Source: Mizuhopecten yessoensis
Taxonomy: Eukaryota
Assembly: GCF_002113885.1 (NCBI RefSeq)
Contig: NW_018408906.1
Location: 718,890 to 782,889, forward strand
Reading direction: 5' to 3'
Length of the DNA stretch: 64,000 nt
How positions within the stretch are numbered: position 1 is the first letter of the stretch; every line of letters starts with the position of its first letter. This document shows, piece after piece, positions 50,459 through 63,270 of this stretch. Below the pieces are notes generated by a model. That model searched no databases. It worked only from the letters and a program-made list of their open reading frames with translations, and had not been told where the DNA came from. A program made the position numbers and the translations under genes.

Positions 50459-50883
50459 AGGTGAGAGTAATGTGCTGAATCGTTTAAGGACAGTAAACAA
50501 AGTCTTCATGTCCCAATTTTTCGTGGGATGTACTTTACATAATGAAGAGAATGAATAATTGTTCACAATCACAACTATGAAAATTATACAAAGAATGAAT
50601 TGAGACATTGCTGATAGATTTAAATAAGTACATCATTTTTGTTCATTGATACAATTTCTAGCGTGTTCACTTCCACTTGTATGTATGTGCTCTGTTTTAA
50701 TTCAAATTTCCCTTTCTTTGCTTCAGCTATTATTTATATGAATGTGTATTGGTTGAATGGGAAAACATTGATTTATTGCGAACTGTTTTGATGATAATAT
50801 TTTGAGTGGGTTATTAAGCTGTACATTTTTGATAAATGCCACACTGATGCTTCTTCTTAACTCCTCAGGTACTCTGTTGGTGA

Positions 50884-51395
50884 AACACAAGCTGTTCACT
50901 ACCTAGACCTGCAGGTCTGTCCAACACACGCTGTTCACTACCTAGACCTGCAGGGCTGTCCAACACAAGCTGTTCACTACTTAGACCTACAGGTCTGTCC
51001 AACACAAGCTGTGCACTACCTAGACCTGCAGGTCTGTCCAACGCAAGCTGTTCACTACTTAGACCTACAGGTCTTTCCAACACAAGCTGTTCACTACCTA
51101 GCCCGGCAGGTCTGTCCAACACAAGCTGTTAACTACCAAGACCTGCAGGTCTGTCCAACACAAGATGTTCTCTACCTAGACCTGCAGGTCTGTACAACAA
51201 AAGCTGTTAACAACCTAGCCCTGCAGGTCTGTCAAACACAAGCTGTTCACTACCTAGACGGGCAGGTCTGTCCAACACAAGCTGTTTACTACCTAGACCT
51301 GCAGGTCTGTCCCACACAAGCTGTTCTCTACCTAGACCTGCAGGTCTGTCCAACACAAGCTGTTCACTACCTAGACCTGCAGGACTGTCCAATGC
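50884..51395. repeat. Minisatellite, 39-bp unit x ~13 with internal 14-bp palindrome; possibly an exon
   Basis: aacacaagctgttcactacctagacctgcaggtctgtcc; AGACCTGCAGGTCT is self-complementary; flanked by splice-like sites at 50868 and 51401. Confidence 0.9.
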
Positions 51396-52657
51396 AACAA
51401 GTAAGTACACAACCATATTAAGCCAAATAGTTACTGTCACTAGGTTCTTAATGATCACTTTGAAACCAAACTGAGATAGTGTTTTGTTTTAAATTTCTTT
51501 CGCATTTTTTTTCAAACCCCCAAGCGCCACCGGGGTTTGATCTGTAAACACTTTGTCCACTTCCGGTGCTTCCTCATGCGTGAAAGCCTTCTGGGAAATA
51601 GAGGCCACATTTACTGTCTATGATGGTAAAGCCTACAGTATCAGTATTTATTATAGTTTACTAGTGAATATCATGAATTCTCCATTTGATAAAAACATAT
51701 CTTTAATGCAGTGAAAATAAACGAGACATTACATTTTCACAAGTAAAAACGTCACTTATGAGTTGCCCTACATTACCTTGTGTTGACTTTTGTTGACATT
51801 TTACTGAGTTGCCCTACATTACCTTATTGTATCCTTATATCCCACTAAAAAACATTTAAAATAACATTAAACTTTATACAAAAAATCTACTGTATCACAT
51901 TTAGGGGTTAACTAATGTGGGTTGGTAATGTCATTTCGTTACAATTTCTCTGCCATCCAAGTTTTAAATCCAAATAGATTTTTTTATATCTCTGTCAGCA
52001 GGGATCTGAAGGAGACATCTGTAATTGTCTCTAAGTTGATTCATCATGGGACACATTTATCATTTCATTTATATCCTTTTATGTCTTGTTTGTAGAAAGA
52101 GTCCTAATTTGCCAGTAACACTGTAAGCTGAAGGCAGTACAAAGAATGGATGGAACTAGTTGGGATGAACTTTGGTATATTTCTTTATATTGATATACGC
52201 AAAGAGGAAAAACACCCTAAAAAAGAAAGAAAGAAAAAAGAAGTGAGAAAAATGGAAAACAAAATATTAAGAAAACATTGGATTCATGATCGAAAATATG
52301 AAAGGACAGCAAATATTAATCTAAACCAAGGAAGAGGAAATGGACATAAACCTGTTGGAATATACATGTTACATTGCTAATTCAGAATGAAATAGCAAAA
52401 ACACATTATACTTGCAAGATGGGAGGAAATGACTGCAAATAAAATAACTGCTAAAATTGTGTCTATTTATTTTGTCACTACCCCATCAGAAAGGTGCATT
52501 CTTCAGCAGAGACTGTAACAGTAACAGCTAATTTGGTAGGAGAGGTCCATATGTGAGATCACGAGATTTCTTTTTGAGTGAATTATATGCCTTGAGTTGC
52601 ATCAAGTCCCTTGAAATACTGCAGATCATCCACTGATTGGACCAGTCAGTAACCAGC

Positions 52658-53362
52658 TTTTTAGGTCACATGAGACAAAGTCTCAAGTGACCTATTGCGA
52701 TCGCCTTTTGTCCGTTGTCGCCCGTCGTCCGTCGTGTGTCCGTAAACAACCAATTTCAATGAAATTTTGCAGGAGCCTTCCATGGACAAACGTCAGTAAG
52801 TCCCAAGCCCCCATGGGCCTGAGGGGCGCAAAAAGGGTCAAATTGACTAAAATTTCAAAAATCTTCTTTTCAAGACCCAGATATGGTAGAATCAAATACT
52901 CTTCATAGATGAAAGAGTCTCAAGGTGCTTTACCACAATTGTGAATTTCATGACCCTGGGGTCTCACGTGTACCCCTGAGGAGGGGGTAAACTTTCCTAT
53001 TGTTTATATAGGGAAATCACATTTTGGACCAATTTTTGTTTAATTTCCATTGGAAGTTATTCAATTTGGGTTAGCATTATCAGTATTGGATAGCAATTTG
53101 ATGGTATGCACAATTCAGGAGAAGGAGGAGGNTTGGGATCCAAAGGAGTCAGTGTGCTAAAATTTCTTCATTTTCCTTGTTTAGAATCAGAGGTGCTAGT
53201 TTCAAATACTTTTTAGTCTTAAATCTGTATGCTAGATATTGAATAAGGTGGTTTTATTGTTTTTTTGTCACTTTGAGTAATACTTCTGTACATGTTAAAA
53301 ACAACATCAACTCTCTGTATAAATATATCAGGTGACCGTTAAGGCCCATGGGCCTCTTATTT
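52658..53362 (+). mobile_element. Non-autonomous Helentron-like element (HINE-type), related to 36939-38191
   Basis: tttttaggtcacatgag...caagtgacctattgcgatcgc...(cgtc)n...caggtgaccgttaaggcccatgggcctcttatt. Confidence 0.8.
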
Positions 53363-53469
53363 TCATTGCTAGTATCACTGAAACAAATATGGCTATAGCC
53401 TTCATTAAAATACACATACAGCAGCGTAAGTCACATGATGACAGCATTTGGGAATAACTTTGTGTTCTA

Positions 53470-55013
53470 TTTTTAGCTCACCTGCTCGAAGGACAAGTGA
53501 GCTTATGTCCTGGTGCGGCGTCCAGTGTCCGTCTGTCATCGTTCGTCAACTTGTCCTTTAAACGAGTTCTTCTGAAGAATGGACAGGCCTAGAGTCATGA
53601 TATTTCGCTGAAAGCTTCGTTGGTAAGAACCCAACAAAGTTTGAGAATGAAAATGCCTTTGACCTTCTTTCGAGGTCAACGAGGTCAAATGTGTCAAACA
53701 CTTAAAAAGCTTCTTCTTAAGAACTGAAAGGTATAAAATCTTAATATTTGGCTGGTGGCCTCCTGGGAAAGAGCCAGACAAAGTTTGAGAATGAAAATTA
53801 CCTCAACATTCTTTTAAGGTCACAGGGGTCAAATATGTCAAATGCTTAAACGACTTCTTCTGAAGAACTGAAAGATATAGAATTTTCAAATTTGGCTGGT
53901 AGCTTCCTGGGAAAGAGCCCCACAAAGTTTGCAAATGAAATGACTTTAAAAAACTTTCAAGGTCACACACAGGAGTCAAATATGTCAAACCCTTCAAACA
54001 ACTTCTCCCGAAGAACTGAAATTTAATGAATCTTCATCTTTGGCTGGTAGCTTCCTTTGGTGGAGCTCAACAAATTTTGAAAAGGAAAATGACCTTGACA
54101 TACTTTCAAGGTCATATGTGTCAAATATGTCAAACACATCAAACAACTCCTTCTGAATAATGGACAAGCCTAGAGTCATGATATGTGTCTGAAAGCTTAA
54201 TTAGTAAGAGCCTTACAAAGTTTGAAGATGAAAATGACATTGACCTTCTTTCAAGGTCACAGGAGTCAAATGTATCGAACACTTTAAAAGACTTCTGAAG
54301 AAGAACTGAAAGGTATAGAATCTATATATTTGGCTGAGAGCTTCTTTTGGTGGAGTCCAACAAATTCTGAGAACGAAAATTACCTTGACCTACTTTCAAG
54401 GTCATATGGGTCAAATATGTCAAACACTTCAAACGACTTCTTCTGAAGAAATGAAAGGTATAGAATCTTAATATTTGGCTGGTATCTTCTTTGGATTGAG
54501 GTCGAGGAAGCTTGTCAATGAAAATGACCTTGGCCTACTTTCAAGGTCACAGGGGTCAAAAACATCAAATGACTTCTTTTGAATAATCGAAAGACAGAAT
54601 CATAATATTTGGCGGGTGGCTTCTTGGGATAGAGCTCATCAAAGTACGTGAATGAAAATGACCAACCTTTTCTAAAGGTCAACAACACTTCAAACGGATT
54701 GTTTTGAAGAACCAAAACGCATGGATTAATAAGATTTGGCTGGTAGCTGCTTGGGATAGAGTCAACAAAGTTTGAGAAAGAAAATGACTTCAAGCTAATT
54801 ACATGTACAAGGTTACAGGGACAAATATGTCAAACACTTCAAACAATCTCTTCTGAAGAACCGAAAAGCATAGAACCATACAATAATGTTTGGCTGGTAG
54901 CTTCAACGCATTGAGCCAACAAAGTTTGCAATTGAAATATTTGTAATACAGTATAATATTTAATATTCTATGACTGCTTAAATATCCAGGTGAGCGATAC
55001 TGGGCCTCTTGTT
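53470..55013 (+). mobile_element. Non-autonomous Helentron-like element with ~9 internal ~145-bp satellite units
   Basis: ttttagctcacctgctcgaaggacaagtgagc...(tgaaaatgaccttgacctactttcaaggtcacaggggtcaaatatgtcaaacac)n...caggtgagcgatactgggcctcttgtt. Confidence 0.85.
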
Positions 55014-56364
55014 AAAACTATGACTGAATGTAACACTTAGGCATTAAAGATCGATTAACAGGATTTACTTTAGGAGAGATTGTGGATTTATGATAGAAAA
55101 TGCTTCTATTCTTTCATTTGCATGTTCTGATGCTGTTGATACTATTATGTAACTTATTTATAAGAGCGTAGCTCACGGAGCTCTTTAATGGTAACACATG
55201 CGTTCGTAAAGGGAGTTGCTTACCCTTGCTACTCACTGCCTTTAATTTTTCATATAGTGAAAACATTTAGATAAAAACTAATATACATTCTGAGTGAAAA
55301 AAACTTGATCACACTGATAATGATACTAGCAGGCATGAAACTTCGTTCAGAGATTATCATACTATGATGTAACAAGAACGTCGCTCATCGGTTATTTCCG
55401 GAAGGATGAAAAATGCACGGAAAACATTGGAACTGATGTCCGTTGCATTTATCTCTTTGTCGGTGCTTCAGGTCTTTTTTTTCAGTTTTTGCCACATGCA
55501 CATAAAAATATGCGAATATTTTCTGAAGATCCTTTTTGTCATCAAGCAGGTTCTGTTAATATTTCTACCGGGAGATATCTTCAAAAAGAGCTGCATTAAA
55601 CCAATAGGTCAACATGTACATTTATTCATTATTATTTTCTTCGTCTAAAATTTTATCAGCATTTGGTTTCCATTTGTTGGGAAAATGAACGAAATAATTA
55701 ACATTTTTGAAAGTCTGGTTTTTGTCTAAACATAATTTATGTATGCATCATCAATCATTAAAGAAACAATGGCTAAATTGTCCAGACAACCAATCGGAGT
55801 TCAACGCCCTTTTTCAGCAACGTATTACTTTTTTCAGAAAGCGTGCCGATTTATACCTAGTTACTGACAGAAACTGTTCAATTCTATTTGGAATCCTTAC
55901 CTGTCAAACCTCGGTGTCAGTTAAGAAATTCAAAATTCAATATGGTGTTTCAGGATGGAACAGGAATTGAGACTACATATCGATATAACGACAATCTCAG
56001 TTAATCAAAGTATTGCAATGTTTTCTTTTTTTAATTTTCTTTGTTTTTAACTAACATCTTTATACATGCATTTACTTAGACTTACCGTCAAATATGTAAT
56101 ATGCACTTTTTCTATAGCGATTCCAAAACAGTTTTTCCCAACTTATCTCAATCATTCTTTTTGTGCCCTGACGGAAGCACGCAGAGGATTAAATTCTTAA
56201 ATTTGGAGGAAGATGGAGTATCCGGAGAAAATCCACCTGGTCGGGCAGGTGACTGGGAACGAATCCGGCCATTTAGGTGAAGACAAGCGCGCTATCCACT
56301 GCGCCACGACCCATCATATATATACGTTACGCACAAGAACCTAATCTACTTTAGCTTTGACTGA

Positions 56365-58302
56365 GGTATCAGTGTATAGTAGTGTACGATGGCCATGGGT
56401 GATATTTTTCTTCAATGAATAACCCCTGTATTAATTACATGTATCAAAACTTTCATATCAAATCAGCTCTAAAATTGGCATATACATGATGAATTGGACT
56501 ATGTGGGCTTCACATTTAAAGAAAAGAAAAATCGAATTTGGTTGGAGACTCCATTTTTCGCCATTTACAAATCTGTGTCTATACAACAAAACCTAGCTTT
56601 TCATGTAGTCTATTTTTGTACTCAGCACATGTGTAAATGTTGTGAAAAATCAAGTTGAACGACCTATGCTATAACGTGAGTATTTCTGTTACCGTGTAGA
56701 TGATATTTAATTTAAGACAGGTTTTAAGAAAAACAATACTACTTGGGTGGGTCAAATTTTGGGTCAAAAACCATGTTTTTTTGCATTTTTTTGGCGTTTT
56801 TTGATGTGGTAACCAAATCCCAAATCTGGGGAAATCACCCTTTGAAAAGAAAAATAACCTTCTAAAAACAAACTGTACAAAATGTAGTTTATTTAAGCAT
56901 TGAACTGTTTTTGTATGGTATTTATGATCTATTGTAATGTCACAGCTTTGCAAGCAAATAAATCCTAATGCGCTATCGCGTATTATGTTGTTTGCTTGCA
57001 AACCTTTGTCATTCAAATAGATAATAAATACCATACAAAAACAGTTCAATACTTTTATTTACGTTTTCTCTGCCTCTTATGTTCTTTTTTAACTTACAAT
57101 TTATATTCAAAATTAAAAATGCCCGCCTTATCGACAGTCCACACAATTTCGTTCAATAGTTTGAATAGCGTAACGTAATGTCGCGTGCTGATTGGCAAAC
57201 AAAGTAGTACTTTGAAATATTAACAAACACTTCAATTTTATTCCACAATTCAGTATCAATACAATTGCGTATTTATCAATAGAACTCGGAGCTGAAAGTT
57301 AGATTTGAAATTGTTTTGATTTTCCCCCGGAACAAATTTCGCGCATGGACAAATACAGTGAACACCGTAAATCCGACCTTGCCCTCCACGAGGGAGTTAT
57401 TTTTGGAAGTTAATTCGAACTTTTCTCTTTGCTCATTTTGTGAAGAATCCAGGCGTGAATGTATTAGTTGATTGTATGGGAACCTGACAACAGTCGGTAG
57501 ATTCTATAACATCCTCGTTATTTGACATGTCGTCAGAAACTGAGGAATGGTGGATGCGAGACGCGTGAAACTTGCGACGGAGCACAGGTTCGTTATAAAT
57601 GTCTGAAATGTTTATGTGTGCTGTGATTCATATCAGTAGGTCTGTAACATATGTGTCAGTAGGTCTATAGCATATGTGTAGTTAAGACATTTGTAACGAA
57701 CCCCTGTTAATCAGTGCAGTGTAACAGACGATATTTCTGATAAATTGCATGAGCGTTAAAATTGTTTCCATAGGTTAGCCTATTTCAACCGATGTGCATT
57801 TTGTACGATATTGCAGACCTTGGTCTTGCTTTCGTTGTAATAAAAGTGTTTTTTAATTATTATTTTTTTGCACATTAATTTACAATGACATTGTCAAATC
57901 TCACAATGCCCAGCGATATTTCAGCAGCCGTAATGTTTATTTATATTGGATATTGTAGTTCCGGTCAGTGTTGTATTAATACGATAAAAACTGTGTCTCG
58001 TGATGCATGGTAATTAAAGTCCCATCAACGACACAGCTTTCAAAGAGGCTATATAGTGACAATGCCATGCAAATATATATATATATGTAGGTGTGTTGTG
58101 CAGGATGAATCCGCTATCCATGTTTATCCGAGACATGCCCTTTATTTTTAGGATCTAGTATACCAATGGAAAAATCGAAATATTTTGTGGATATAACACT
58201 ACATGTTGCAATGGCGTTCAAAAACTCCTATGGCGTACCTAAGGCGCAAATTAGTGAGACCCAGCCGGCCGCCATTTTTTCTACTGTACTATATATGCTA
58301 CC
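56365..58302. mobile_element. 1.94-kb non-autonomous DNA transposon, PIF/Harbinger-like (3-bp TSD)
   Basis: Absent from copy A (gctttgactgg|aagaaattggcgtc). Imperfect TIR GGTATCAGTGTATAGTA / TACTATATATGCTACC; TGA duplicated at 56362-56364 and 58303-58305. Contains a nested palindrome at 56896-57053. Confidence 0.75.
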
Positions 58303-58386
58303 TGAAAGAAAATGGCGTCATTGATGCAAAAAAAAAAATATTGTGAGTACATTTTTACCAATCATCAATGATACAAAGAATCTACA

Positions 58387-58919
58387 TACGGGTGACCGGG
58401 ACAAGTTCGGCCACCCCTGATGTTTTTGTTTTTGAGCTAATACAATGTGTTAACAACTTTAAGGATGTTAGCAGTTTAGTTGGCTGGGCACTCACACGAA
58501 AAAATGGCAAGGAAAACTCTAATGGAAAATTACTAAATAGGTGAAAATTACTTTTGAGAGAAAATCATGATCTCGCTTCTAGTTATGCAAACTTTCTGTA
58601 AACGGAATTGCTACTTTTTTACGGTGTATGTGTAACACACTGACAGTTTCAAATGATATACATAAAAGCCCAGCCAAGCACTTGCTACCATATTGAATTG
58701 CTGTACGAAATATCAATTTGGGCACCGTGGCAAGTTCGGCCTATGTAACACATTAAACTTACCCGAATGCCTGGCCGAACTTATCCCATGGAAGTGCTCG
58801 TTCGGCCATCCGATCTTCCGACACTGAAAGTTAAATAATGTTCAGAAACGGACGTGCTGCCATACTTCCCAGAACGGACTTGAATAAAAATTGGGCCGAA
58901 CTTGCCCCGATCTCCCCTA
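58387..58919. mobile_element. TA-flanked MITE (counterpart at 36903-38697 is interrupted by a HINE)
   Basis: TA-CGGGTGACCGGGACAAGTTCGGCC ... GGCCGAACTTGCCCCGATCTCCCC-TA. Confidence 0.7.
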
Positions 58920-59189
58920 TTGTTATGTCTCTCTTAATCTCATTAGAGCTTATGTTTTATTGTTATTCTTGGACTAGCCGACTATAAGTAAAGTTTATCT
59001 TATCTCATTCTGAAAGCAGTATTCTGAATTGGTAAATATCAGAGATCAACAAAAGCTACGCTCTTTTAAGACTTTGCCTTTTCATATTATTTTTGGTATG
59101 TTCTACTGGTCGAATTTATGTGCAGGTAACATAAAATAATGATTTTGATAAAATAATATGTTTTATTTTGATGGTCATTTTTTGTGTGT

Positions 59190-60420
59190 GTTACTTTTGC
59201 GAATTATTTAAGAGAAAACTTTTTGGGATTTCTGTATCATTGCATTATCATCTGGCCTCCAGGTGAGAATCTTCTGGAATTTTTCAATATGCTAAATGCC
59301 TTGCATATTGATTTTAATTACACAATGGAGATTATCAAAAAGGGAATACATTTCTTGGATAATTTTGTAGAAATTAAAGAACAGGATATTGTTACTGAAT
59401 AATATTATTAGCCTACATATAACTTTAAAATCACTTGGATTTCTTTTCAAACCATGCTAAAAATAATACGCTTTAACATTCCATATGGTTTAGCCTCAAA
59501 ATTATTAACAGGAGTTAGAGATAAAAAAAAAAAAAAAAAAAAAAACGTTATCCCGCTAAAGTGTTACAAAATGCTATTTAAAGAGCGAAAGAGAAAGGAC
59601 CTGTCAGTGTTTATTCAGAAAGAGCAAAAACCAAATATGCTAATGTCTTACCATCTGTTACTAGGCACAATCTAAATAATTGTGACATGTTCATTGTCGT
59701 TAAACATTATGCAAATTTCATGAAAAAAAGTCGGAACACGAAGTGCATTTTGAAAACAAGAAGATTATAAACTGTAAAAGACGTACAACGCAAAAAATTT
59801 CAAATGTTTACTATGTACATCCACATTTGATATGAATAACACAAATCTCCCTGGTGTTAAAAAAGATATGAAACCAAGGTGTAGTGCATGTAAGATTACC
59901 ATTGAATGTAAAGACTACGTGTTTGCAAATGGTTCCAACATAGAAATTAGGTCAGACATGAATTGTAATTCGAAGAATATCATTTACTTTTTAAAATGTT
60001 AACAGAGTGGATTATGTTTTAAAGGACAAATCGAATGTGAATTGAGACTACGTATGATTGTACATAGACAATAAATGAAGGACAACGAACTAAAAAAAAA
60101 GTTAGCAAACATGCATAACGTTTAATGTTATAAAAATGATTTTTATATGTTATCTATTTACAAACTAAATACCGGTGATCTAGTTGCAAGAGAATTTAAA
60201 GAAAAAAATGCTTATAAAGCCCCTAAACCCTGCTTGAATACACAATGATTTTTACAATGTACTGGTTATACAGGTTTTCTTGTTAACTAACAGTGACAAA
60301 TAAACAAACATCAGTCAGTCTGAAGAAGCACAATAAGGCACAAAGGCCTAGCGGTCAGTCTTGTGTACATGTACTTGTTGTTTTATTCTATATTTTCCTT
60401 CACAAAAACTTTATTATCAT
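59190..60420 (+). mobile_element. Heavily decayed Penelope-like element (RT C-terminus, GIY-YIG region, 3' repeat)
   Basis: IIIW...LLEFFNMLNALH..FNYTME.....IHFLD, FNIPYGLASKL, PRCSACK...MNCNSKNIIYFLKC; hammerhead-like ctgaagaag at ~60320. Confidence 0.7.
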
Positions 60421-61814
60421 TTTTTTTGAATATATTTTTTAAGGAACGTTACTATTTCGCTACCTTTATGACGCAATAATGGGAAAAAAACTATGTCACG
60501 TATTTTCCTGATTTTCTAATTCAGAATTTTTGCAAATGTGTTGAGCACAATTTAATTTCAAAATTCGACTTCTGGTATTATTAAGCGAATCAAGCTTGAC
60601 GCAAAAGGCTTTAGAGATATCTTTACGCTTTATTGCAATATCACTAGTTTTTACATAATTTTGAAAGAAACCATGAATTAAACATGTTCTTATAACCTTC
60701 ATATTTTTTTGTGCTTTAATGAGAACGCACTAATTATGCATGTCACGCGTATATCGTGGTTGGTAAGCTACATTTTATTCTCATTTTGAAAATTACCATA
60801 AAGTGTGATACTGTTTGTCATTTGGTAGCTGACTGAGTGGTTTGTCCGACGTGCTAATTGTATTTTAATATCTTTTTGCATACCTATGTTAATATCATTG
60901 TCATTAATGTTTCATTTACACATTCATTTATCAGTTTCATTATGTCACCGATTCCCTATCATTTGACGTGTTTGCAAGAAACATAATAAAATAAAATAAA
61001 ATGTTTTCAGTAAACTAACGTTTAGTGCGCAGGTGGACGATGTGATAGCCGCTATGTCGACAGAAAGGTAAGCCAGAACTAACACTTAATCTTGTTTACA
61101 GTTCTTTGTTGTTATTTTGATTAGTTGCAAAAAACGCCACTCCAGCAGTAAAACTTCCTCTCAATACCTAAGTCGGTCTTTTTTTTTTTTATATCTGTCA
61201 ACCAGTTCTATTATAATTACCACTTAAACAGAACCAATTTGTTGACGAAATGTCCAAATGATTATTTTAAAACAATGCCAACGATTAAGAAATAAACAAA
61301 GTTTTTCTGAATAATATTAAGCCAAGCCTCTTAAACCCAGCTAGTATAAATATGTGTCGATCTATCAAGCTAGCATGAAACGAAAATTTGGTTAATTTAA
61401 CATCTATAATAAAAGTGGAAGCTCTGAGTTTATAAAGCAAGAGTTGTTACTGGATTGTTTACCTAAATAATTATTAAGCTACAATTATATAGTCCTTAGC
61501 TATACAATGTAGTTGGTTTGATTAACAGTGGATTCCCTAGCTATACAATAATGCCGGAATAGACCCTAAATTCCTTAGCTATATGATAGCGCCAGCATAA
61601 ACATTACTAAATGCTTATTGTTACTCAATAATGCTTTAATTAACAATGAATGTATCAGCTTTGTAATGAAACCAGCAACACCACCATTTGCTTGCTTTAC
61701 ACTAAAGCAACGCGTAACATTGGACTCCAAAGTAATATGTAATGACAGAAAAAAGAATGTGTGCATAAAGATTAAATATTCAAAGTTGATATATGTTGTT
61801 CACCATGAAACTTC

Positions 61815-62750
61815 ACACAAAAAGTATCGGTACACTCCTTGTTATCATCTTTACTGACTTTGTTTTTGTTGTGTCGATCTTGACAAAAAGAAAAACAAAT
61901 GTATTCCTGGTGAACGCGTTTGGTAAGCTAGCTATGCCTTGAGTAAAACTGTTGACAACCAATTGGCTGGAATGATTCAGGCTGGTGTTGCCAAAAATGT
62001 TGCTGAACGCTTTGGTTTGCATCGGAACACTATTCCATGCATTATGGAGACGTATCCAGCAGTCTGGTTACACCTGGGACTGCATCAAACCAGGAAATCC
62101 GTGTGTTACCTCATTACGTCAGGACAATTCCACCCGGGCGGTACATTTGCCAAAGCGTTTCCAAACTAAATTTCGATGGTGAGGTGCATTCCTTACGGAA
62201 AATCAGTCCTAAAAACTAAGAGCAATCGCCTGCGTGAACGGCTCATTCGTCCTCGACGTTCAGTCTTCCGCCACGTCCTGCAACGACGCATTCGTATCAA
62301 ACGGGGTGCAGGAGACATCTACGATATACTAGACGGTATTGGGCGCACATGTCTCAGGCGAGTTTTGGTTCCACTAAGAAAGTAGTGATGGCCACTCCAG
62401 AGTGAACTGCACGTTGGAGAGCGTTTTCAGGACAGTTATATCGTGGTGCGATGGTCGGCTTTAGCAGCATAACAGTGAATGCCAGAACGCTTCTGGTGGT
62501 TGTTGATGGACATTTGACCGGTGCGTGCACGCTACCACGATGGGATCCAGAAAGCCAACCTCATCCCGTTCGTGCAACAGTATCACATACTGCATGCGTT
62601 GTGACTGATTTCCTGACTCATCAGATTGTAGATGTGTTGAATGCATTGCCCGAAGTATCACCTGACCTTGCACCCATCAATCACATACAGAACAACATGC
62701 AACTTCGGTTACGTCAACTGCCAATGAGTAAACATTCTGCTCTTTGACTG
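61815..62750 (+). mobile_element. Decayed Tc1-family transposase
   Basis: HTH-like AGMIQAG..VAERFGLHRNTI..LWRRIQQSG, VTSLRQD, HTACVVTDFL...VDVL....SPDLAPINHI (variant of SPDLNPIE); many frameshifts. Confidence 0.8.
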
Positions 62751-62789
62751 CCACTTTAATTTCCACACGATTCAGGGGCGGTTGGTCGA

Positions 62790-63270
62790 TATTTTCATGT
62801 TGGGTTCCTCACACTATTTTGGGCGGAAACATTTTGCGTTTTGACTTTTCACACTATTCAGGGAGTTGACATTTCCACGATTTGCGTCTTTACACTATTA
62901 GATGATTGATTGACATGTAGATATTTTGACTTTCACACCCATTAGGAAGTGGAAATAACGACCCTTGTCTGGCCACACTATTCTTTGAGTCGACATTCGT
63001 TTTGATTCTTAACATCCTGTTGACATTTCTGCAGTTAGACTCTTCAAAACTGTTTTAAGGAGACATTTCTGCGTTAAAACTCTTCACGTTATTCCGAGAG
63101 AGAACATTTGTGCATTTTGACTCCTCAGATTATAGGAGGAGATATTTATACGTTTAAAGTCTTAACGTTTTGTTTTCACCCTTCATTCTATTTGGGATAG
63201 GGGTATTCTCGCGTTTTGACTTATTCATGGTATTCGGAAAGTGTGCTTTTTCACATTTTGATTCTTTTCC
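62790..63270. repeat. Degenerate ~45-bp tandem repeat
   Basis: Recurrent gacattt..gcgttttgactcttcacactatt. Confidence 0.55.

Larger units (their letters stand above)
55165..59150 (+). repeat. Local duplication, copy B (paralogous to 35590-39340)
   Basis: See copy A; contains a private 1.9-kb insertion. Confidence 0.85.

Noticed and set aside
49541-51395. CRISPR-like arrays (74-, 34- and 39-bp repeats, one palindromic)
   Set aside because: Units are head-to-tail with no unique spacers, no cas genes are present, and the context is eukaryotic.
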